From assembly GCA_964475405.1 (NCBI GenBank), contig CAYYWX010000003.1, positions 4,362-68,361 on the forward strand: DNA of 64,000 bases. The letters are read 5' to 3'. This document shows, piece by piece, positions 9,016-16,640 of this stretch. Source of the DNA: an uncultured Verrucomicrobiota bacterium. GTDB taxonomy: Bacteria; Verrucomicrobiota; Kiritimatiellia; JAAZAB01. The number at the start of each line of letters is the position of its first letter. Position 1 is the first letter of the stretch. Both the position numbers and the translations under genes were made by a program. Below the pieces are notes generated by a model. The model was not told where the DNA came from, ran no database searches, and worked only from the letters and a program-made list of their open reading frames with translations.

Positions 9016-9291
9016 TCATGGATAATCAGAAGCGATTAATTCCATTACGCGTTCGCCATACTCGCCGAATGTTGTCATCAAAAGACTCATTATGGCAACC
9101 AATGCAATCAACACGCCGGCTACCACGACATATTCAAGAGTAGCCTGCCCGCCGCAATGCCCGGCGCAATGCCCGGCTTTGGGCGAGGCCTGCTCACAGT
9201 CGCTTCGCTCCAGGTGTGGCAGGCAAGCCTGCCCGCCACAGGGCGCGGCATGCCCAGAATGCCGGTAACCTGCCTGTTTAACCATAATCAA
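9016..9291 (-). CDS. Flp-like pilin with a ~50-aa Cys/His-rich leader
   Basis: ...HCGG|QATLEYVVVAGVLIALVAIMSLL is a Flp-type motif preceded by leader modules X and Y. Confidence 0.6.
   Translation of the reverse strand: MIMVKQAGYRHSGHAAPCGGQACLPHLERSDCEQASPKAGHCAGHCGGQATLEYVVVAGVLIALVAIMSLLMTTFGEYGERVMELIASDYP
9144..9237 (-). repeat. leader-module repeat, copy C (Y-like, X, then Y with an AGHC duplication)
   Basis: It translates as CGGQ-ACLPHLERSDCEQ-ASPKAGHCAGHCGGQ. The DNA is near-identical to copies A and B. Confidence 0.85.
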
Positions 9292-9358
9292 TCCTTTGCG
9301 CTTTCACCATAACACAACAGAAATTTAAAGCAAGAATATTTGAAATAAAACTGAGGAT

Positions 9359-12300
9359 ATGCCATACTGTCGGCGTTCTAAAAGGCATATGAGCATTACA
9401 AGTTTCAGCGGATATGAAGTATTGGAAGTGTTGCCCCGGGGCGGGATGAGCACCGTCTACAAGGCGCGCCAGATATCGCTCGACCGCATCGTGGCGATCA
9501 AGGCCCTGCCGCCGGCCATGGGGGCCGCGCCGGCGGACGTGGAAAAATTCATGGATGAGGCCAGGATTACCGCCCGGCTGAAACATCCGAATATTGTCCA
9601 GGTCTATGACTTCGGCAAGTCGGAAGCCGGTGTCTATTATTTTGTGATGGAATATATTTCCGGTTACAGCGTCGCCGCCTGGATCCGCCGCAAGAAATAC
9701 CTGTCGGAAGAGAACACTCTCTTGTGCGCGCTAAACATCGCCGCCGCGATGAGTTACGCCTGGCAAACCGCCGGGATAGTCCATTGTGATATAAAGCCCG
9801 ACAACGTGATTATTGACGGCGACGGCACGGTCAAGCTGGCCGACCTGGGGCTGGCGATGAGCGTGAAGTCGATTTTCGGGCAGGCCCGCACGCCGGATAG
9901 CCCGATCTTCGGAACTCCGAATTATATTTCCCCCGAACAGTCGCGCGGCGATGAACATTTGGACTGCCGGGCCGATATTTATTCGCTCGGCGCGATGCTT
10001 TATCATTGCATGACCGGGACGATGCCCTTTGAAGGCATGCCGCCGCTCGAAGTGATGGATCGCCAGATCACCGACCAGATCGCCGATCCCCAGGACGTCA
10101 ATCCCAGCATTTCCGTCTGGTCCGCCTGCCTGATTGAAAAAATGATGGCCAAGGACCGCGACTACCGCCAGAAAGACTGGGCCGACGCCATCCGCGATCT
10201 TACCAATGCCCGCTCGGAAATGATGCCGGAGGGGATATTGCCGCCGGATATCGCGAGCACGGTTAAACGCAGTCCCCTGCGCGAGCTGCATCTCAAGGAG
10301 GTGTATCAGCCGCCGCCGGTTGTGAAAAATGAAAAGACGGTCGTTCGCCAATATGCCGATAGATATGCGGGTAATCTGGCTGAGATCGGCAAACGCCTGT
10401 CGGCCGGGTTATTGCGGAAAATAATTATTTCCACGGCGGGCCTGGCGCTTTTGCTGACGGTCGCCTGGAGCATGCTCGGGGTTCTAAAAGACGTCAAGGT
10501 AAGAACCGGCACGGTATACACCCCGGCCGGCAAGACCGAAGACGTCCAGGTGTTTGAGTCCGACTCGCAAAAAACGATATCGGAAGCCCGGAAAGCGCAG
10601 GAAGAGCGTGACCGGCGCGCGGGGCAGCAATATGAGGAAGTTACGGCCTGGTTTAACGCAAATCCCGCCGCGCTCAACGAGGCCGTTGAAAAATTCCGCA
10701 AGCTGGCTGACGAGCATGGCGGCACAAAGTCCGCCGACCTGGCTCGCCAGGAGGCAATCAAGCTGGAGCGCTTGCTCGCCGAAACAAGAACCATAATGGC
10801 AAAATTGAATAAAAACGCGGAGGTGCTGGCCGCTCAAAAGCGTTTTGCGGACGCGGTTCTTGTATATGAGAACTATCAGGGGCCGTTTGCGAAGGAGACT
10901 GCCGTCGAGCGCAAGAAGAAAGCGCGTGGATTGCGTGCGATCCAGGCCGAGGCGCTGGAAACAGAGCGCCAGTTCGCCATGCTGGCGGAACAGCAGGTTA
11001 TGTATGCCGCCGAGGAAATCGCGGTAATTGTTGTTGATGACGGCATTCCCGCCGTCTTCTGGAACATGAAGGACATCGTGCGCGACCTGCCGCTGGTCGC
11101 GACGCGGCCGGAGTTTAAAAATCTGGTTGAGCTGATTAAAAAATCGGACGGGATCGACCAGAAAATCCTTGACTCATTCCGGGCGCAAAAGGGGCAGAAA
11201 ATCAACATCGCTTTCTTGCGCGGCCGCCAGTTGCTTTTTATCCGCGATGTCCAGGGTAACCAGGTCATGGCCGAGGAGGTCTGGACAAAAGGGCAGGGAA
11301 CGATAATCGTGCGGCGGACTTTTATGATGAAGGACCTGGCGCTTGCTGAAAAAATAAAGCGCCTCGGCGATTCCGATGATCCGGCGACCGCCTTGATGCG
11401 CGTCCTTCTCGCGGTTCAGGACGGCGATTACCAGCAGGCGACCGCCGCCGCAACCAGGACCAGTCCGCTCATTTCCAAGCATTTGGTGGAGGCCATTGCA
11501 TTGCGTTCGAAAAACATGGGCGAATGCAGCGCGTCCCAGGCCCTGTCTTATGTTTTCCGCCGGGCCGGAATCGGAAGCGGTTACAATATACCCAGTCCGG
11601 AATCATGCCTGGATTTGATAAGGGGCAACCGGGCGGCCGTGCGGCAGGGCCCCCTGCTGACCAAGGCCGTATCTCAATTCAGGTCACGGTACGGCTCAAC
11701 CGAGACGGCCCGGCTTTATGACGTTGTCCTGGAAGCGTTGACGAACACCGAGACCGTTGCGCGGGAGAGCGCGGGCGCGACGCCTGCTTCGCCGACTCAG
11801 CGAGGCGAGCCCGCTTCGCCGATTCAGCGAGGCGAATCGCCTCCGCCACCCAAGCCGGATGAATCCTCGCCCGCCACGCGCACTTCAACCTCGGGCTATG
11901 TCGCGAAATTACTGGAGCAGAATGCAGGATTACGCGAGGACCAGATCGCCTTTCAGGCGGATGATTCCGGCCGGATTGTAAGCGTTGAAATAGTTTCGGC
12001 GCGCTTGAGGGATATCAAGGCCCTCGAGGGCATGCCTGATATCCAGCAGCTGACCTGCGCCGGCATGCGGCATAACGTCTGGATGGAAACGCCGGTTATC
12101 GCCCCCTTCTCCGATTTAATTCCGATCAAAAAAATGAATTTGCGCGAGCTGGTGCTGAATCATACCAAGGTCAAGGACATTTCCGTCCTGAGCCAGATGC
12201 CGCTCTCCGCCCTGAACCTGGCTCACACAAAAGTGAATAATCTCCAGCCATTGAGCGGGACTTCGCTCAAGTCGCTTGATGTGAGTTTTACGCCGGTGCG

Positions 12301-12916
12301 CGACGTGCGCCCGCTTTCCGGGCTGGCCCTGGTATATCTGAACATCAGCGGGACGGAAGTATCCGATTTGTCTCCCGTGGCCGGCATGCCGCTGAAAATA
12401 TTGGTGGCCGGGTTTTCAAAAATCAGCGATCTGACGCCGCTGCGCGGCATGCCCCTGACTTCCATCGTTGTGCGGAATACGGAAGTAACGGATATCGCGC
12501 CGCTGCGCGGGATGCCGCTGGAGCAGGTGGACCTGGCCGACACGCGGGTGCGCGATATCTCCGTCCTGCGGGGGACGAGCCTGCGCGAGCTTGATTTGGG
12601 CAACACCAAGGTGAAAAGCCTGGAGGCCCTGGCGCAGCTGCCATTGGAAAAACTGAGGCTTAACGGGACCGGCGTCCGGGACCTCGCGCCCCTTGCTAAT
12701 TTGCCTTTGAAAACGCTTGACCTGCGCAACACCGGCATTACCGACCTGGCGCCGATCCAGAATTCGTCCATTGAGGAAATCTGGGTGGATGATTTGATTA
12801 ACCAGCAAAACGCGGATAAAATCCGCGCGATGAACGCGGTCCTGCAGGCCATGCCCAAGTTGAAAAGCATCAACGACAGGCTGCTGCCGAAGTGGCAGGG
12901 AATGAATGAGCGATGA
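9359..12916 (+). CDS. membrane Ser/Thr protein kinase with a coiled-coil/helical region and a C-terminal leucine-rich-repeat ectodomain
   Basis: The Hanks kinase motifs are VAIKAL, HCDIKPDNVII, DLGLA and GTPNYISPEQ. There is one TM segment (IISTAGLALLLTVAWSMLGVL) and about ten 21-22-residue LRRs (L.L..T.V.DL.PL.GMPL). An alternative start is the ATG at 9389. Confidence 0.85.
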   Translation: MPYCRRSKRHMSITSFSGYEVLEVLPRGGMSTVYKARQISLDRIVAIKALPPAMGAAPADVEKFMDEARITARLKHPNIVQVYDFGKSEAGVYYFVMEYISGYSVAAWIRRKKYLSEENTLLCALNIAAAMSYAWQTAGIVHCDIKPDNVIIDGDGTVKLADLGLAMSVKSIFGQARTPDSPIFGTPNYISPEQSRGDEHLDCRADIYSLGAMLYHCMTGTMPFEGMPPLEVMDRQITDQIADPQDVNPSISVWSACLIEKMMAKDRDYRQKDWADAIRDLTNARSEMMPEGILPPDIASTVKRSPLRELHLKEVYQPPPVVKNEKTVVRQYADRYAGNLAEIGKRLSAGLLRKIIISTAGLALLLTVAWSMLGVLKDVKVRTGTVYTPAGKTEDVQVFESDSQKTISEARKAQEERDRRAGQQYEEVTAWFNANPAALNEAVEKFRKLADEHGGTKSADLARQEAIKLERLLAETRTIMAKLNKNAEVLAAQKRFADAVLVYENYQGPFAKETAVERKKKARGLRAIQAEALETERQFAMLAEQQVMYAAEEIAVIVVDDGIPAVFWNMKDIVRDLPLVATRPEFKNLVELIKKSDGIDQKILDSFRAQKGQKINIAFLRGRQLLFIRDVQGNQVMAEEVWTKGQGTIIVRRTFMMKDLALAEKIKRLGDSDDPATALMRVLLAVQDGDYQQATAAATRTSPLISKHLVEAIALRSKNMGECSASQALSYVFRRAGIGSGYNIPSPESCLDLIRGNRAAVRQGPLLTKAVSQFRSRYGSTETARLYDVVLEALTNTETVARESAGATPASPTQRGEPASPIQRGESPPPPKPDESSPATRTSTSGYVAKLLEQNAGLREDQIAFQADDSGRIVSVEIVSARLRDIKALEGMPDIQQLTCAGMRHNVWMETPVIAPFSDLIPIKKMNLRELVLNHTKVKDISVLSQMPLSALNLAHTKVNNLQPLSGTSLKSLDVSFTPVRDVRPLSGLALVYLNISGTEVSDLSPVAGMPLKILVAGFSKISDLTPLRGMPLTSIVVRNTEVTDIAPLRGMPLEQVDLADTRVRDISVLRGTSLRELDLGNTKVKSLEALAQLPLEKLRLNGTGVRDLAPLANLPLKTLDLRNTGITDLAPIQNSSIEEIWVDDLINQQNADKIRAMNAVLQAMPKLKSINDRLLPKWQGMNER

Positions 12917-14295
12917 AATATATAAGCACAAGAGGCAAAAGCCGGCCGGTTGATTTTGAGACGGCGGTGATGACAGGCCTGGCTTCCGACGGCGGGCTTT
13001 TTCTGCCGGAGCGCATCCCGGATGCGCGGAAAAAACTGGCGAAATGGGCCCGCTTGACCTACCCGGAACTGGCGTTGGAAATCATCCGCCTTTTTTGCGA
13101 TCTGCCGGCCGGCGATCTCCGGCGGATCATAAGCCGCAGTTACGCGGTGTTTGACCATCCCCGGACCGCGCCGGTGGTCGCTTTAAACGGGTTTTACGCG
13201 CTTGAGCTTTTCCACGGGCCGACCCTGGCGTTCAAGGACTTCGCCCTCCAGTTCCTGGGCAATTTGTTCGAATATTTTTTGCGGCATCCCGGCGGCAAAA
13301 AACTCAACTTGGTGGCCGCGACCAGCGGCGACACGGGCAGCGCGGCGATTGCCGGTGTAAAAGGAAGGAAGAACATAAAAATATTCGTGCTGTATCCCCA
13401 TGGGCGGGTCAGCCCGGCGCAGGAACGGCAGATGACGACTGTCCTGGATAAAAATGTTTATTGCATCGCGATCAGGGGCAGTTTTGACGATTGCCAGCAT
13501 ATCGTCAAAAGCATGCTGGCGGACGCCGCGTTTCGGGCAAAGGGCAGCCTTGGCGCGGTCAACTCGATAAACTGGGCGCGGATCCTGGCCCAGGTCGTTT
13601 ATTATTTTTACGCTTACTTCCAAGTCCGGCGAGTGACCGGCAAAACGAAAGCAAGATTTGCCGTGCCGACCGGTAATTTCGGCGACATTTTCGCGGGCTT
13701 TGTCGCCGCGCGGATGGGACTGCCTGTCGCGCGCCTGGTGCTGGCCGCGAATCAAAACAGGATACTTTCCGATTATTTTGAGAAAGGAGTTTACGCGCGG
13801 GGCAGGGTGAACCGTACGTGGAGTCCCTCCATGGATATCCAGGTGGCCAGTAATTTTGAGCGGTACCTTTACTATCTGACCGGCGGGAACGCGGTCAAAG
13901 TGGCGAAGTTGATGAAACTTTTCGCGGAAAAAGGCAAATTCAACGCGCGTGACATCGGGGTGCGTCGTCCCGATCCGCTCTTCGCGGCCGGGTCGGCCGG
14001 CAATGCTTCAACCTTGGCCGAGATCCGCCGCTGCTACCGCGAAAGCAAGTATATCCTTGATCCGCATACCGCCGTCGGGGTGCGCGTTGCCCGGCGCTTC
14101 TTAAGCAGGGATGAACCGATGATCTGCCTGGCAACCGCCCATCCGGCCAAGTTTGAGAAAGCTGTCCGGCGCGCGCTTGGAAACCCGGTTAGGCACCCGG
14201 TCATCGAAGCTTTAAAGAAAAGGAAAGCCCGGCGTTTTATCCTGCCGGCGGACCCGGGAAAGGTGAGAGAATTTATAGTGAATCAGATTGCATGA
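12913..14295 (+). CDS. thrC: threonine synthase
   Basis: MKYISTRG at the N-terminus, the PLP-lysine motif FHGPTLAFKDFALQ, and ATSGDTGSAA. The start overlaps the kinase stop (ATGA). Confidence 0.9.
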   Translation: MKYISTRGKSRPVDFETAVMTGLASDGGLFLPERIPDARKKLAKWARLTYPELALEIIRLFCDLPAGDLRRIISRSYAVFDHPRTAPVVALNGFYALELFHGPTLAFKDFALQFLGNLFEYFLRHPGGKKLNLVAATSGDTGSAAIAGVKGRKNIKIFVLYPHGRVSPAQERQMTTVLDKNVYCIAIRGSFDDCQHIVKSMLADAAFRAKGSLGAVNSINWARILAQVVYYFYAYFQVRRVTGKTKARFAVPTGNFGDIFAGFVAARMGLPVARLVLAANQNRILSDYFEKGVYARGRVNRTWSPSMDIQVASNFERYLYYLTGGNAVKVAKLMKLFAEKGKFNARDIGVRRPDPLFAAGSAGNASTLAEIRRCYRESKYILDPHTAVGVRVARRFLSRDEPMICLATAHPAKFEKAVRRALGNPVRHPVIEALKKRKARRFILPADPGKVREFIVNQIA

Positions 14296-14369
14296 TTTTC
14301 GATTTCCGATTTTGAATTTTATAAAAATACCATAGCCTAACCGCCTTCAGCCTGTCCGCCTTTCAACAC

Positions 14370-14930
14370 ATGACCTTAATTGCAATTTTTCTGATCGCGG
14401 TCGGGCTGGCGATGGATGCCTTCGCGGTGTCGGTCGCCTGCGGCCTGGCCGCCAAACCATTCCGTCCGGGCTACGCTTTCCGGATTGCGTTTTCCTTCGG
14501 CGCCTTCCAGACTTTTATGCCGGTTCTCGGCTGGGCGGCGGGCGTAAGCCTGCGGCTGATTATTGTTTCCTTTGACCACTGGATCGCCTTTGTCCTGCTC
14601 TTTGCCATCGGATGCAAGATGATTTATGAGGCATTTCGCAAGGAAAAAGGAAACTCCTGTCCAAGCACGGTCAGTTCGGGAAAGCTGCTGGTGTTGTCGG
14701 TGGCGACGAGCATTGACGCGCTGGCGGTCGGGATAAGCTTTGCATTCTTAAAGGAAGCGATCGTTTTGCCGTCCCTGATAATCGGCGCGGTGACCTTCAC
14801 GTTGTGTTTTGCCGGCGTCTGGCTGGGGAACCGTTTCGGCCATATTTTTGAAAACAAACTTGAGATAGCCGGCGGCGCGATCCTGATCGGAATCGCGATA
14901 AAGATCCTCTTCTCGCATCTCGCCGGGTGA
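14370..14930 (+). CDS. mntP: manganese efflux pump MntP
   Basis: 186 aa and six TM segments, with the duplicated motif MDAFAVSVA / IDALAVGIS. Confidence 0.85.
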   Translation: MTLIAIFLIAVGLAMDAFAVSVACGLAAKPFRPGYAFRIAFSFGAFQTFMPVLGWAAGVSLRLIIVSFDHWIAFVLLFAIGCKMIYEAFRKEKGNSCPSTVSSGKLLVLSVATSIDALAVGISFAFLKEAIVLPSLIIGAVTFTLCFAGVWLGNRFGHIFENKLEIAGGAILIGIAIKILFSHLAG

Positions 14931-14973
14931 AATCTTCCTTGTCGCAGTCCGCCTTGTCCGAGCGGGGTGTAAA

Positions 14974-16446
14974 TCAGCGCTTTATCCCGTGGATCAGGGA
15001 AAGTCCGCCGATGAAGGCGAAGCCCAGCCAGTAAAAAAAGATAAAGGGGATTGCCAGGTACTGGATGCCCTGGAAGGCATAATAAAGGCTGGCGGAAACG
15101 TAAACGAGCAGGACCAGCTCAAACACGACCGTGGCGTTGAACCTGATCCGGTATTTTTTCCCGCGCCATGACTTTTGCTGCCGGTCGGCCAGGTCGTATT
15201 TCGGCGTGCGGTGGAACTTGCTTTTCCGGCCGAGCAGCGCGCTGCAGACCGCCTGCGAGTTGATGATCGTCAGGCCGATCGCGCCGATCATGAGGATCGG
15301 GAGAAACAGGACGCGCCGTTTCCAGTCCGGGTAAATTTTTTTCTGGGCGTAAATGTAGAACAGCGGATAACTGAAGGCGTTGATCGTGAAGATCGAAACT
15401 ATCGCGAAAAAAATGTCGGTGTGCGGATGATTGATCCTGATCGCCAGTATCGGGATGAGCAGCAGCGCCAGTAAAAGGAGCACCGGGAAAACGAGGTGGT
15501 TGGTGAGGTGCACCGTGGCCTCAAACTTCATGAGCGGCGATATCTTTGCGTTCCGCCAAATGGACGGCAGGAGCTTGATCGCGGTTTGGATCGCGCCCTT
15601 TGCCCAGCGGTATTGCTGGTTTTTCAGCCCGAAAACCTCGGCCGGGATCTCGGCCGGACAAACGACGTCGTTGACATAAACGAATTTCCAGCCGGCGATC
15701 TGGGCCCGGTAGGAGATGTCAATGTCCTCGGTCAGGGTGTCATCCTGCCAGTTGCCGGCGCTGATGATCGTTTCCTTGCGCCAGATGCCGGCGGTTCCGT
15801 TAAAATTGATGAAAATTCCGCTGGCGTTGCGGGCGCCGTGCTCAAGCACAAAATGGGCGTCCAGGCATATGGTCTGGCTTCTGGTCAGGAGGGAATTATT
15901 GCCGTTCAAATGGCCCCAGCGCGCCTGCACCACGCCGATATCCGGCGCCGAAAAATGGGGAATCATCTTTTTAAGAAAATCGGCCTTGGGAACAAAGTCC
16001 GCGTCAAAAATGGCGATAAATTCGCCCCTGGCCGTTTGCAGCCCGTTTTTGAGCGCGCCCGCCTTGAACCCCTGCCGGTTGGCGCGATGGATGTGATGAA
16101 TATCAATGCCCTGAGCGCGGTAATGAGCGACGCATTCGCCGGCTTTTTTCCGGGTTTCGTCGGTGGAATCATCCAACACCTGGATTTCCAGCTTCTCGCG
16201 CGGATAATCCAGCTTGCATATGCTGTGAATAAGGCGTTCAACCACGTATTGCTCGTTGTAAATCGGCAGTTGGACCGTCACCCGCGGCCATTCTGCCGGG
16301 GGAAACGGAGGCACGGGATGCTCGACCGTGTGCTTTTTATACAGGAACAGCATCAGGTAGGCATGGAAGGCATATATCGTCAGAATCAGGAGTAATAATG
16401 CGTATAATGCCAGGATAAGAAAGGTTATAGCCGAATTTGAAAACAT
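14974..16446 (-). CDS. family 2 glycosyltransferase, membrane-embedded processive (cellulose-synthase-like) type
   Basis: Motifs DDSTD, FDADF, TEDID and QQYRWAKG, with TM helices at the N- and C-termini. Confidence 0.8.
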   Translation of the reverse strand: MFSNSAITFLILALYALLLLILTIYAFHAYLMLFLYKKHTVEHPVPPFPPAEWPRVTVQLPIYNEQYVVERLIHSICKLDYPREKLEIQVLDDSTDETRKKAGECVAHYRAQGIDIHHIHRANRQGFKAGALKNGLQTARGEFIAIFDADFVPKADFLKKMIPHFSAPDIGVVQARWGHLNGNNSLLTRSQTICLDAHFVLEHGARNASGIFINFNGTAGIWRKETIISAGNWQDDTLTEDIDISYRAQIAGWKFVYVNDVVCPAEIPAEVFGLKNQQYRWAKGAIQTAIKLLPSIWRNAKISPLMKFEATVHLTNHLVFPVLLLLALLLIPILAIRINHPHTDIFFAIVSIFTINAFSYPLFYIYAQKKIYPDWKRRVLFLPILMIGAIGLTIINSQAVCSALLGRKSKFHRTPKYDLADRQQKSWRGKKYRIRFNATVVFELVLLVYVSASLYYAFQGIQYLAIPFIFFYWLGFAFIGGLSLIHGIKR

Positions 16447-16640
16447 AATATTATATGGAACAAATGCTTGCCGCGTCCGTAATCCGCAATTTACCGGATT
16501 ATCTGCGGCGAAAATTAGGCCATATGATTGCAGGATGATGAAATATTGTCAAGAACCTTTGCGGCAATGCCCAAGCGGCGAAAATCAATTGCATGTTAGT
16601 CTTGTTTTTTGTCTCCCGAGCGGATATTTTCGTCGAGTAA

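Noticed and set aside
14296-14369. Possible yybP-ykoY manganese riboswitch upstream of mntP
   Set aside because: The spacer is only 74 nt, too short for the four-helix element, and consists of the word repeats seen elsewhere.
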